From Eledone cirrhosa (taxonomy: Eukaryota), in the NCBI GenBank assembly GCA_964016885.1, contig CAXHJY010000007.1, positions 32,507 to 96,506 on the forward strand: 64,000 nucleotides of DNA. Direction: 5' to 3'. This document shows, piece by piece, positions 24,955 to 38,909 of the stretch (position 1 is the first letter of the stretch; every line of letters begins with the position of its first letter). Under the pieces are notes generated by a model. It did no database searches, was not told where the DNA came from, and saw only the letters and a list, made by a program, of their open reading frames with translations. The translations under genes were made by a program, and so were the position numbers.

Positions 24955-25240
24955 TCCACCCACACCACCCTTTCTCTGTAAAGTTATGTTAGTACTACAG
25001 AACATCCAGCCCACACTAAAGTCGTCGTGTAGGTGTCACGACAAAAAGCTCCCAGTCCTCACTGTAAATGTGGTTGGTGTTAGGAAGGGCATCCGGCCAT
25101 AGAAGACCTGCTAGATACAGTTCTATACAAGCGAGACACGGTCACTCGACCAATCTTGCCTCAATTGGGACAATTCCCGTCTAACCCATGCTAGCGTGGA
25201 AGATAGACGTTAAACGATGATGATGATGATGAGGAGGATG
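24955..25240 (+). mobile_element. RTE LINE 3' tail
   Basis: Matches 14720-15038. Confidence 0.85.
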
Positions 25241-25391
25241 ATATATATATAGTAATAATAATAAATGTGAAGACTAAAATCCGAAGAGGGCTCGATGATT
25301 TTTTTTAGTTTCAGAAAATCCTGTTAAGTGTGAAAGTAGTGATTCTTTGCTTAAATTTAATCTTTAATGTTATTTTTAAATATATATATAT

Positions 25392-27342
25392 ATCATCATC
25401 ATCATCACCGTTTTATGTCCGTTCTTCCATGCTAGCATGGGTTAGACGGGTTGTCCTGTTGTGGGCAGTGTCTGGTCGGCCTTGCTCATACAGGAACTGA
25501 TTTTGGCTTGATTTCTACAGCTGGATGCCCTTCCTAACACCAACCTCATTTACAGTGAGTGCTGGGTGCTTTTTTCTGTGGCGCCTACACGTTCACTTTA
25601 CAGTGTGGGCTGGGTGCTTTTTTGCCGTGGCACCTCCATGACCACTTTGCAGTGGGAGGGTGTGGGGGCATATTGTCTATATGCTTCAGTTTGTACCCAT
25701 GGGAGGTCGGGTACTCTGTATTACTGCGTGACACCAGAGGTCACGGTCGTGTGTCATCGCCTTTGAGAGGTGTAATTGGGTATGGTCGGCTTTTATCACC
25801 TCATCCCAGGTCTTCTTGGGTCTTCCCACTCCGCGGTTTCCATTGACTTCTAGTGCTCTGCACCTTTTTATGCAGATGTCATCTTTCATACGCATCACAT
25901 GTCCATACCAACGCAAGGCCTCTCCTGCACACAGCATTCCTCTTATGCTCAGTCTCTCTCTCAATTCATTTATGCTTTGCCGTTCGCGTATATTACTATT
26001 ACACATCCATCGGAGCATGCAGGCTTCGTTTCTTTCTAATCTACGCAAGTCTTCTACAGACAGTGCCCAGGTCTCACTACCATGTAACATTGCTGTTCGG
26101 ATACACGCATCATACAGTCTGCCTTTCATTTTGAGGGAGAAGCCTTTTGCAGCTAGCAGTGGCAGTAGTTCCCTGAACTTCTTCCATCCCGTTCTTACCC
26201 TAGTTATTGTACTTTCTGAACACCCACCTCCTCTGCTAATTCGGTCACCTAGGTAGCAGAAGCTGTCTACTGTTTCTACAGAGCCCTCTCAGAGATTGGT
26301 GGTACTTGTTTCCTGTGGCTGTTTGCTGCTTGCTGTCCCAGCACAGCTGTTACATGTGAAGCCTACATTCTTAATTAAGCTTCCTGAGATCCCGCTACAT
26401 CTCTTGTGTACCCATTGTTTGCATTTGGGGCAGAGAATGGAGTTCCTACATACTGAGCAAGGCCATTTCCCTGAGGGGATCTGGGTTCTGTTTTCTCGTC
26501 TACTTACAAGGACTTTAGTCTTTGTCATGTTGACTTTGAGACCCTTTCTTTCTAGTCCCTGCTTCCAAGTTTGGAATTTCTTCTCTAGTTCTACCATAGA
26601 TTCAGCTATAAGTGCAAGGTCATCTGCATACAGGAGTTCCCATGGGCATCCGGTCTTAAACTCCTCCGTTATTGCCTGCAGGACTATGATGAACAGGAGA
26701 GGGCTAAGACACCAACCTGTACGCTAAATTCCTCGCTATACTCATTGCTAATCCTAACTTTGCTGACTGCTCCCCTATACATGGCTTGTACAGCTTTCAC
26801 AAGCCATTCATCTACTCCTAGTTTTCTAAGAGCCCACCAGATTATAGCATGTGGAACTCTGTCAAAGGCTTTCTCGAGATCGATGAATGCCAGGTAGAGT
26901 GGCTTACTTTTAGCTAGGTACTTTTCCTGTAACTGCCTCACAAGAAGAGGGCATCAGTGGTGCCTCCTCCTGGTACAAACCCAAATTGCATCTCATCTAG
27001 TTTCACCTGGTCCCTAATCAACTGTGCTATGACTCTTTCTGTTACTTTCATGACCTGGTCCATCAGTTTTATACCTCTATAGTTTCCTCTATCTAGTGCA
27101 TCACCTTTACCTTTGTAGCAGTTGACAATGATGCTACTGCACCAATCTTTTGGTATGACACCTTCTAGTATTACCTGGTTAACAATACGTGTGGTTATAG
27201 TGTGACCTACAGACCCAGATGCCTTCAGCATCTCGGCAGCTATACCCGATGGACCAGTTGCCTCCCCCATCTTCATATCTTTGATTGCCTTACTTACTAC
27301 GCTGCTGCTGACTTGTACTGCTGGCTCCTCTGTAGGGTCTAT
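25392..27342 (-). mobile_element. 5'-truncated RTE LINE
   Basis: Frameshifted RT pieces (LAFIDLEKAFD, WPCSVC..WVHKRCSG, MLHGSETW) plus 3'UTR and (CAT)n. Confidence 0.92.
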
Positions 27343-27640
27343 TCGAAAGGTTGTGAGTTCAATTCTCAGACCGGGTGATGTGTTGTTTCCTTGAGCAAGA
27401 CACTTTATTTCACATTGCCCCAGTTTACTCAGCTGTAGAAATGAGATGATAGGGACTGGGGTCCTTATCATTCCACTGCAAAGTGGTCGTGGAGGTGCCA
27501 CGGCAAAAAAGCACCCAGCACTCACTGTAAATGAGGTTGGTGTTAGGAAGGGCATCCAGCTGTAGAAATCGAGCCAGAATCAGTTCCCGTCCCACCCTTG
27601 CAAGCAGGGAAAAGCGGACGTAAAATGATGATGATGATGA
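27343..27640 (+). mobile_element. SINE family A copy, 5' truncated
   Basis: Matches 3405-3700. Confidence 0.85.
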
Positions 27641-28019
27641 TATATATATATATATATACTCACACTGGTATCTACATGTCTATGGTAAGGCCAGAATTCA
27701 ATTTAGTACAGGAGTAAAAATCCCAGCAAAATCAGGTGATGAGAGTTTTTTGTTTTTGTAGTTGGCTATCACCAAATTGGATTTTGTTACATATTCAGAT
27801 GAGTTACAGAGTCATATATATGTTGAACAAAAGGCGACGTTTAATGTTTAATTAGTTCATTGTTTTACAATCATTTCAGAAAGTTGATTGGCCATAATAA
27901 ATCGATATAGTGACTAATTGATAGTAGTTATGCTACTCCATATTATTAGTCTTCATATTATAGATTCCTCTCACCATCTTCATCAGAAAGATTTGTCAGA
28001 CTGGGTGGTGGAATAGTGT

Positions 28020-29400
28020 GGTGGATGAGACAATTAAAGCCAATATTCAGGCATGTAAAGAATGGTAGAATAGGGGAAGCAGAGAACTCTACCAAAAAGC
28101 CAGTGGCAAGGAAGCAGAAAATACAATGTTTAAGTATGCTTTGTGACATGAGGACCAAAGACATGAAGTGATCAAGATTACAAGGCAGTGTGTTGGAAAA
28201 TTGTGATATTGTTAAGAAGTGTGTTGATATGATAATGATGCATTTGCTGTCACCGACGCTGAAAAGAAAGTAGCATGGAGGTGCCATTATGAAAGACTGC
28301 TGAAGACAATAATGTATTGGAGGAAGATAGTCTGCCCCAAGTGGACCTAACAGAGGGACCAGCCATACAAATCAGCAGTACATAGTAAGTAAGGCAATTA
28401 AGGATATGAGGATAGGCAAAGTAACTGGACCATCGGGAATAGTTACTGAGATGGTGGGTCACAACGTAACCACCCATTTCGTAAACCAAGTAATTCAGAA
28501 TGGTGCTATACCCAATGATTAGCATAGCAGCAGCATTGTCAACTGCTACAAGGGCAAAGGAGATACACTAGACAGAGGAAATTATAGAGGCATCAAGTTG
28601 GTGGACCAGGTCATGAAGGTTACATAAACAGTTATCATACAGCTGGTTAGGGACCAAGTTAACCTAGATGAGATGTAATTTGGATTTGTGCCAGGTAAAA
28701 GTACTGCTGATGCTCTCTTCCTTTTGAGGCAACTGCAGGAGTACCTAGCTAAATATAAGCCCCTCTACTTGGCATTTGTTGACCTGGAGAAAGCATTTGA
28801 CAGAGTCCTCCATTCCATAATTCCATAATCTTGTGGGCTCTTAGAACTATGAGTAGATGAGTGGCTTGTGAGGACAGTGTAAGCAGTCAGCAAGGTTAGA
28901 ATTAACAGTCATTATAGTCAGGAATTTACCCTGAGAGTAGGAGTCCATTGGGCTCTATTCTTAGTATTCTACTGTTTGTTATTGTCCTGCAGGTTATAAC
29001 AGAAGAGGTTACAACTGACTGCCCATGGGAACTCCTATATGCTCATAGCCGAATCTATGGCAGAATTAGAGAAGAAATTCCAAATCTGGAAGCATAGCTT
29101 AGAAGCAAGTCTTAAAGTCAACTTGTCAAAGACTAAAATCCTAGTAAGTAGAAAGGAAAACGGCCTTGGATCCTTCAGTGAAACAGCCTTACTCAATGTG
29201 CAGGAATGGAGTGAGTAAAAATTCCATCTCAAATGCAAACTATGTGTACACAAAAGATATGGGATCTCAGGCAGGCTAGCAAAGAACATAGGTTTATATG
29301 TGGCCAATGCTCAGGAGCAGTAAGCAGCCAGAGCTCACAGGAAACAAGCTCTATTAAATACCCAGAAGTATTTGATAGCCTCTGTTACCTTGGTGACAAT
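28020..29400 (+). mobile_element. Old decayed RTE LINE fragment
   Basis: Nucleotide similarity to 12590-14100 (aactgctacaagggcaaagg, gacctggagaaagcatttgacagag) with many stops. Confidence 0.85.
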
Positions 29401-30589
29401 GAGGACTCTTCAGTCATGCCAAAGACATGATATGATGCGCCCAGTACACTTTGTAAATTGGTTGGCATTGGGAAGGGCATTCAACCATAGAAATCATCTC
29501 AAAAGAGTAGAGAGGATTCTTCAGTTGGATCAAAGACATGACGGCCTCCCTAGTTATAGTGCCATGATAAATTGCACCCAGTATAGCTTGTAAAGTGGTT
29601 GGTGTTTAGAAGGGTATTTAACTGTAGAAACCATGCAAGAAGTTTCTCAACCCATCATGTAAGACAGTAGTCCCAATTAAATAACTGTAGAGAGAATGAA
29701 GATGGAAATGTTTTGATTTAAATCTACATGTCTGATGAGCAGATTGTTACAGGAGTCCGGGTTGTCATATTGATTCAGACCTCGAGCTGCTCATCTGCAA
29801 AGCATGTTACATTTGATATGGAATAAAAACATTTTAAAGTGAAACTTCATTGTCTCATACATAATGTATACACTCTGCTGATTACAAATATATAACACAC
29901 TTTCTTTGGAATCATCCTGTTCAAGTAATATTATTGAGTACTTCTATGAGTTCAAATCCCGCCGAGGTTTACTTTGCCTTTCATCCTTACGGGGTCGATA
30001 AAATAAAGTACCAGTAATGCACTGGGTAATTGCTGGCCTTGTGCCAAAAGTAGAAACAATTATTGAGTACTTCTATTGATACCACCTAAAGTAATCAACA
30101 AACATTACTGCTGCTGTACAGGTCTGAGACTTAGACACTGGCTAAGAAACTCACTCAGATAGTGGATGGGTGCTACACGAGGATACTGAGGATGACTGAA
30201 CATTAAACAGTATGCACTGAGGATGAAGAACTGTACAGGTGCCTCCCAAATGTCAGCTCAAAAGTGACACAGAGGAGACTGTAGTTAGCTTGACATGCTC
30301 ACCAACATTCAGAATTGACACTGCACTGTGGAGCCCCTATACGGACACACTGGATGAGGAAGACTGAGGGTGACATATGTTGATGCCCTAAGGACAGACA
30401 CTGGTCTCTGGGAGACATGGGACTTTGCGGCGATAATGAAGGACATAAACCGTTGGAGAGAACTCATCAATGGATCTCAGGAATTTTATCCGCCTTAGAT
30501 ATATATATATATATATATCGTCATCATCATCATTTTTATGTCCACTTTTCCATGCTTATATCGTTTAACATCATCGTTTAACATCATCG

Positions 30590-32770
30590 TTTAACATCCA
30601 TCTTCCACACTAGCATGGGTTAGACCGTTTTGTTCCATTTGATGCAAGAATGGTCAGGTCTCACTACCATGTAATATCGCCTTTCGTTTTTAGAGAAAAA
30701 TCCCTTGTGGCCAACAGCGGTGTTAGCTCTTTGAACTTTTTCCATCCCGCTCTAACTCTAGCTACTACACTTTCAGAGCACCCTCCTCCACTGCTGATTT
30801 TGTCACCCAGGTAACGGAAAGTGTCTGCTATTTCTATAGAACCATCTAGGCAGTTGAAGGAGATAGCATCCAGTGGGTCCTTGCTACTTACAGCACCTGA
30901 GCATCGGTCACATATAAAATCTACATTCTTAGATAGCTTACCTCTGATCCCACTACATCTTTTATGTACCCATAGTTTGCATTTGGGACATAGAATGGAG
31001 TTTCTACCTACTCCTTTCTTACACACTGAGCATGGCCATTTTCCAGAGGGTACCTGTGCCCTATTCTCCTTTCTACATACTAGAACCTTAGTCTTAGACA
31101 AGTTGACTCTAAGGCCTTTTGATTCCATGTTTGGAACTTCTCTACTTCAGCCATGGATTCAGCTATGAGAGTTAGATCATCTGCATATAGAAGTTCCCAT
31201 GGGCAGCCAGTCTTAAACCCTTCTGTTATAGCCTGTAGGACAATAATAAACAGGAGGGGGCTAAGGACAGAGCCTTGGTGAACCCCTACGCTAAATTCAT
31301 CTCTATATTCATTGTTAATTCTAACCTTGCTGACTGTTCCTCTATACATGGCTTGTATAGCTCTCACAAACCATTCTTCTACTCCTAGTTTTCTAAGAGC
31401 CCACCAGATTAAGGTACGTGCGACTCTGTCAAAAGCCTTCTCCAGGTCAACAAAAGCTAAGTAGAGGGGTTTACTGTTAGCTAGGTACTTCTCCTGTAAT
31501 TGTCGTACAAGAAAAAGAGCGTCTGTGGTTCTTTTACCTGGCACAAACCCAAACTGCATTTCATCTATATCAATTTGGTCTCTAATCAGTTGAGTAATAA
31601 CTCTTTCTGTAACTTTCATGACTTGGTCAACTAATTTAATGCCCCTATAATTTCCTCTGCCCCTATAATTTCCTCTATCCAGGGCGTCTCCTTTACCCTT
31701 GTAACAGTTGATGATGATGCTACACCAGTCATTTAGTATGACCCCATTCTGTATTACTTGGTTTACTATCCGGGTGACCATAGTATGTCCCACCATTCCA
31801 GATACCTTCAACATTTCAGCAACTATCCCCGAAGGCCCAGCTGCCTTGCCTGTCTTCATATTTTTTATTGCCTTACTTACTACACTACCATTAACTTGCA
31901 CGGCTGGTCCTTCTGTTGGATCAATGTGGGGCAGACTATCTTAATTCCATTCAATCTCCACATTCAGTAGTCTCTTGTAGTGACACTTCGAAGCTACCTT
32001 CTTATCATTGTCAGTGAGGGCAAGTATACCATTGTTATTACGGACACACTTCTCCCCGACAATATCACAATTCTCCTTGACACATTGCCTCGCAATCCTG
32101 AATACCTCATGTCTTTTGGTCATTCCCGTTGTAGAATATGCTTGAACTTACTATCCTCTACTTCCCTCTTTGCAAAGTATACTTGTTGTCTAGCTTCTCT
32201 CCTAGCCACCCACTAGAGTTCTCTACTACCCCCATCCTGCCATTCTTTCAAAGCCTGCTTTTTGCCGTTGATGGACTCCTCCACCTTACTGTTCCACCAC
32301 CATGTCACTCTCCTCCTGCCTAACAATCTGCTCCAGCCACAGATTTCATCAGTCGCCTTCAACAGGTTAACTTTCAGGAATTCCCACTGTTTCTCTATAT
32401 TGTATGTCCCTAATTGCTCTTCCTTACTATCAAAAGCATCAAGTAATATGCCTTTAAATTTGTTACTGGCTGTGGGGTTCTTCAACTTCCATAATCTTCT
32501 CCTTAAGGTATTCTTCTGCCGGCAATTACATCTGGCCCTGACTGAGGTCACTAACTGTTAAGTTATGTTTGGAGGTGTAAGGATAAAGTCTATCTGGCTG
32601 GTGTGCTCCCCAGATCTATATGTGATCAAATGACTGTCACATTTTCTGAAGTTTGTGTTGCAGACAGTCAGATCATTTGCATCACAGAATTCCAGGATCC
32701 TGAAGCCTTCCTCATTTCTAGTACCAATTCCATAACCTCCATGGACACCATCATAGCCATCACAATATGA
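30590..32770 (-). mobile_element. RTE LINE, truncated and internally deleted
   Basis: ORFs 32213-32551, 31941-32123, 31080-31901, 30664-31128 are collinear with the 11637 protein. Confidence 0.92.
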
Positions 32771-33214
32771 TGTTACATATATATATATAACATCATTTTA
32801 CATCTGCTTTTCATGCTGACATGGGTTGGCTGCATGGCCATAGTATGTTAAAAGTATAAACAAATGGTAAATGATAAGTTGCAGTGTCAGAGAAGTGCAG
32901 AAAGGCCCGAACCACATTTTGTAAACCGAATGCCATTTAACGGACTTTAAAAAAGTTAAAATGATAGTAATTGCAGTTTTAGGAATATCATCTGACTTAA
33001 TAGGTAGAAGAGAAGTCAAGTGAGATGCAAAGTACTTATCAGGTATAGTACAGGTTTTAAGCATCTGATAGTCACCACAAGGTCACCAGTCACCCAGAGT
33101 TTTTTAAGGTCCTTAAGAAGGGCCATGACCAATTGCTATTGATGTGTGCCTGATGCTAAGTTCCAGCATATGATTGAATTCTACCATAGCAATTTTAACA
33201 CAAACAAGAGTAAC

Positions 33215-33464
33215 TTAACACTTCAGCATTTAAACCAGCTATGGCCACATCCAGCCAGAATTCTCTCACCTTTTTCTGTTCAAACCGGCTGTAACTGGCC
33301 ACTCATACTTGTGTTAAGTTATTTATTGTTCTCAAAATAAATACAATCAAAATCTCATAGATTTGATATTATGTGAGATAATTATATTCAATACTATGTG
33401 AGGTAAAGCCTTTACTGTGAAAATATAATAGTAAATATAGAGTAATGTAAATGCTAAAGTGTTA
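33215..33464. mobile_element. piggyBac-type MITE
   Basis: ttaacacttcagcattta...taaatgctaaagtgttaa. Confidence 0.7.
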
Positions 33465-33562
33465 AAGAAGCTGCAGACAATTTTTTTGTACATGATAAAA
33501 GACATGTAAAACACAGTAACTGCAGGGGTTGCTGTGCAAAAAAAGTAAATATATAGTCTAGA

Positions 33563-36455
33563 CCAAACGTTCTCAACCCATTTCGGCCAAACGCCCTCTT
33601 TTTCCCTTCGAAATCACGAAACGCCCCCTACCTTTTTTTTCCATTTTTCAATATACTACTGATTTTGATATCAGTAGATTACTAAAAAATTGATTAACGA
33701 TATTCCAAAGATACCATTGCAGTCAGTTGAAAGTATAAATACATTGCTTGAAAGGAAGTATATAAATTTCAAAAAGAGGAACATAAATGTTCTTTTTTAT
33801 GAATTAGGACCAGTTGAATTTGTTATATTCCCACCAGACGATACCAGCTATTTTGAACATTTATACAAGAGCAACTCTGTCTATCCAAAGAGTGCTCTTA
33901 TATGGAAGAAAGTGGCAATTGTATTATTTCAAAGCTTTCCAATTTTCCCTTTAATGAAACGGACAGAATAAATGTTGATATCTAACTTGATGTCCCCTCC
34001 GCTTTGTGACCACGCAAGAGGGTTTTCATGACCTCGTAAGAGGGTATATTCATTAGTAAACGGTAAAATATATACAACAAATGAGTAAGTGAATTGTGGT
34101 AGATGGTTTCCAGTCCAGTCATACTGCAACTACAAATAAAAAATCGACTTACTTTGACCTCGTATCAATGGGACCCTTGAGCTTCATGGAGTTTAGTTAA
34201 CTCTTTGACGTCAGGCTGGATTTTCGTGAGCTGTAGCCGGAGATCTCCACGTGCAATCACATTGTAGCGGTTGCGAGCCTTACTATGCAGTCTGGAAACA
34301 ACGCCAAACCCCCTCTCGACTAAGTATGAGCTAGGAAAAGGCAAAGCAAATTTCTTAGCCTCTGCATGTAAGAGTGGAAATCGACGCTGAATTTCCTCTT
34401 GCATCCAAAAAAGGGGTTCACCTATTTTGGAAAATTTCATTTTGATAATGTCATCTGTCTGAAGTTCAATTAATTCTTCCTGAAATTTAACGTCGAAATC
34501 GGCTATGAAGGGATCTGCTATCCACATTGGGATGTCCATCTGCAAAAGGTCGACAAACCGTTCTCTCATGTTGTCTTGTAGTGCACAGAGGTGCGCGGTA
34601 TAAATTTGCAGTTGGTTATCGCTCACAATAGTTCTGTGTTGCGCCCTCGAAGAAACTCAATGATAGAGTCGAACAGCTTAAAGAAGCGAGTAAGGCACTT
34701 GCCCTTTGAAAGCCACCTCACTTCAGTATGAAGGAGCAACTCGACGAATTCTTCGTCATTATCTTCGCACAGTTGCCGGAAAATTCGTTCATTGAGGGCA
34801 TGGCATTTGATATAATTGATGACATCAATGGCTACCTGCAAAGACTTGCTCAGCGGCTCGCTGAGTTTCTTCGCAGCCAAGTGTTGTCGATGAATGACAC
34901 AATGAACAGCAAATACAGATGGATTTTCCCTCTTCAGAAGAGAGACGAAATCCTTATGTTGGGCGATCATTGCTCTTGCGCCGTCCGTAACACATGATAC
35001 AATATTGTTAAGAGGTATCTCTTTTACTTCGAGGTATCCCTTGACAGATTCAAAGATCGTGGCACCTTTAGTATCTGTGGCTAGATTCAGAGTGAAGAGA
35101 AGCTCCTCGTGCATTTCGTTTTGGTGGAAAAATCGCACGTATCCCAGTAGTAAGGACTGATTCCCGGAAAGTGTGCTTTCATCAAGTTGCAAAGCAAATT
35201 GTGTCGATTTCAAGATGTTCCATAATTGTTGTTCAACATTTTCTGCCATTTCGTCGATGCGTCTCTTTATTGAGTCGTTACTCAACGGAATACATTTCAA
35301 GGTCTTTAACGGGTTCTGACGTAGTACTGTTGAAAGAACTTCTGAGATGACAGGGGCTACCAATGTTTCACCCAAGGAATGGGGCTTGCCACACTTTGCG
35401 ATTATGATGACAATATTGTAAGATGCGACAAGTCCATCAACATTTGAAGCTTCAACTTTTGAAAAGGTAGAAGAAATTAGTGTTGTTTTCTGGAATTGGT
35501 CCCTAAGAGACTGAAAGTATGCTAAATCTTTATATCTCTTATCGGGGTGCCTCACCTCCAGGTGTCTACTCAAACGCGATGGCTTCATCGCCTCATTCGA
35601 AAAGGACTCCTTGCTAATTAAACACATGGGTGACAGGTGGTTCGACGGCGATGGGATGAATCTGAACCGTAAGTAATCAACGCTGTACTGCCTGCATTTT
35701 TTCTTCATTGCTGAGGCCATTTTCTGTTTAGCGAATGTGTTTGGTAAAGTTACGCAAAGATTTGCTTATATAAGCCTATACAATTATGTATAAGGAACTT
35801 ACTATAATGAGTCCTGTTCCAGTATGATAAAGTTTCAAGTAATGTTCTGGAATAACACTTTGTAATAAACAAAACGGCAATGAAAAAGACAAATACTGTC
35901 ATTAATTAACCAAGTCGAGACAAGTTATATATGAAGATTAACCAGTCTTTCATGTAGGAATAGTAATAACTTAGCTTGAGGGAATTAAGGTGGCAGACTC
36001 AATAAAGGATCAACGAGGCAACGAGTTCAAGAGAACTTAATGCAAGAATGACTAGTAATGTGCTATTTTGAAATGGAATTCATCAATTAAGCACGTAGTG
36101 ATAAGACGCGATAATACTAAGTTAAGACATTACTTATTAGTCAGAGTTACTCAAATTATCGCCCTTAACTTAATGCATCACTGTGATATTCTTGTAATGG
36201 TGCTGCAATTATAATGGATGACTGTTGAAGACTACAAAAGCACTTCCTTAAACCCAAGGCTATAACAAGACTTGATCGTAGTATAAACAGTCAGTTTATA
36301 TAGGAATAGCAACAACCTAGTTATAGAATAAATGATGTGGAAATGCAATGAAGATAAGATGGGGTCAAGCAAACCGAATGTTAGTAAGAATGAGCTGAAG
36401 TATCGAGGTCAAGCCAATCACGGTGATGAACGGGTCAGTGAATAATGTTACTCTT
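33563..36455 (-). mobile_element. hAT Charlie/Buster-type transposon; transposase split into ORFs 34623-35720 and 34165-34626
   Basis: BED-like NEAMKPSRLSRHL, FALQLDEST, CVTDGARAM, HCVIHRQHL, HTEVRWLSKG, PFPSSYLVERGF, RGDLRLQLT; Charlie-like end caaacgttctcaacc next to gtctagac. Right boundary uncertain. Confidence 0.9.
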
Positions 36456-36458
36456 TTC

Positions 36459-37740
36459 CAGGGGCCTCGTTTACCTTAAAAATGTTAGGGGGACAAACCA
36501 ACATTTGTTGGAGCATTTTAGTATTACTTATGGTGTCTTTCCTGAACCCTATCACATAAGTAAAAATTTCTTTACGCTAATTAAATTTTATATATTCAAA
36601 TGAAGTTCAGATATAAAAAAAAATAAGCTTAAAAAGTATTTATTATATCAAATAAACAAAAAATAAAACATAGACGTTTGAATAAAAATCATATAAAGTA
36701 AATTTATTGTCTTTTAGAACTTTCCAAATGTATCATATCTCGCATCATTGCTGTCAATAAATAATTTAGCAACTTCTTCACAACTAATCTTTTTCAAAAC
36801 ATCTTTATGAACGTTTCATATTAGAATATGATTCAACCTTTGCTAAGTCATGGTCGATCGCAACCAAGTTTTGAGTCTCTGCAGAGCGCTAAAAGATCTT
36901 TCAGCTTCACAAGAACTGGTTGGAAACAGTAAAAGTAGCCTGAGCAATCGCACATCATTTAGAAACACGCGACGGACTTCTGGTTGCATTTCACCAAATA
37001 TTTTACGATGATCCTCGAGAGATGATCCACTATGATGATTTCTATAAAAAAAGTATTTCGTTCCTTAAAGAAAATTCATCAAGCTCTGGATACTGTATGA
37101 TCACTTCAGCACAAACATTTCCATTCCTGGTATCTTTTAGGAACTTTTCAACTCCAAAGGAGAAATATCGAGTTGATAAATCATTTTTTCTGCTGTATTG
37201 AATAGCTTCTGAAATTTTTCTTCACTGCATAGATTTGTTTAGCTCCTCCTGCACCAGTTTGACACTATGCAACATGCTACCTAGATTGAAGGTGGTACTT
37301 TGAAAATATTTGTTCAATCCTTCAACGAATTGAAGTAATGGAACTACAACATGCAATCCAAGGACACATTGGCCCGGAGAGTGACACGTAAGAATAACAT
37401 TAGCTCTGGATGCAATATTGGTGCCAAACTCATTTGTTGCCTCTTGTAAAGAAATAGGGACATCTGAATAATTGTCAAGAAGGACTTTGACTGCAGAAAG
37501 TCGTGTTAGCCATCGAGTAGGGCACACAGGTGTTAAGGAGCGTGGTGACGATACTTCATTTTCTTCATCATGTTGTGATAAATACGCTTGCTTAAATTTT
37601 CCTGATGTACTATATAGTTTCCGCAATTTATTCACGCAACCTAGAACATTTTTGATAAGTGAAGCTTGTTGTACAGACTTAGATATAATAAGTTGAGAAA
37701 TATGAATGCCGCAGTGCACGTAATCGGCCAAATCAAGTTA
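36459..37740 (-). mobile_element. hAT Tip100/ZMYM-type transposase remnant
   Basis: HCGIH, CPTRWLTR and dimerisation domain PTSSCEAERSFSALQRLKTWLRSTM on the minus strand (~36800-36950); CAGGGG terminus at 36459. Confidence 0.85.
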
Positions 37741-38909
37741 TGTTAGAATGATCTTTAAAAAATACCCGTACGAATTAAATACAAAAAAAGTTTCAATCCA
37801 AAACAAAAGCAAACTATTTCAAATTATATATTTTTGAAAAATAGACGTGAATGTTCTCAAAGACTTGATTTCAGTTGAAAAAGCTTCTTTTTTTTAAATT
37901 CTATATTTCACTGTTAGCGGTTGTAATATTTTGATTGGATAAACAATTCTACAATTCAAACTGTAAAGTCAAAATACAAAAGATATAAAATATGACTGAA
38001 TGGGTGCGTCAAAAAATATATGACTGAATGGGTGCGTCAAAAGAAATGACAAGATTTTTATTAGGATGTTTCACCAATAGCAATAGCAATGAGACATCAA
38101 GTCAAAGCAAGGTCCCTTTTAGAAAATTGTTAATTTTTATGGTGACACCCACATACATTTTGATTTGATGAAATTAGTTCATAGAAAAATTCTAGTTACC
38201 ATGTAAAAAAAAAGCAAATCAAAGAAATATATTGGCTGTATTTTTCATATTGTTGGTTCACCGGTGTTGTGATCCAGTGACAGAATTCAAACCAGTGAAC
38301 CAACAAGTTCAGAATTTTAATCTGTTATGCATTGAATCTGTTCAGAATTTGAATCTGTAATGTGTCACGTATGTTCAAAACAGAAACATCATTTTTAAAC
38401 TATTATAGAAACAGTATTATTAGAAAACAATATTGACATATATAATAGGATTATTGTTTGTGTTTGTAATTAATTGATCTAGTATATTTTCCTCTTTACA
38501 CTTAGCTATATATAAAATACATATATAGGTTATATATGCGTCTCAGCACATATTAGATAATTCCTTGATATATATATAGTTTCATCCAAAATAAAATACA
38601 ATTAATCACAAAACATAAACAATATATTTATACAGACATCTATGATTTATAATTTTGAGGTGCACACATGAACTGACTGTGAACACTCCTTCAACTCATT
38701 TTGGTAACTTAATATATATTGCAAGAGCATCCATGAGTCAAGAAAGATTTTATTCTTTCATACTGATTCACATTCCAATGATAGTAGTATCAATTTGGAT
38801 GGAATTGTAGGCACATCTCAAACAAATGTTTTTTGTGAAAATTAGCTAAGTAATAAAATATGTAAAAAGTGTCTGTATATATGTGTACGTTTATATATAT
38901 TTATATATA

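Noticed and set aside
26938-27555. 205-aa ORF fusing a novel N-terminus (MPFLTPTSF...) to RT sequence
   Set aside because: Chance read-through from an antisense SINE into a truncated RTE; the same peptide appears at every SINE copy.
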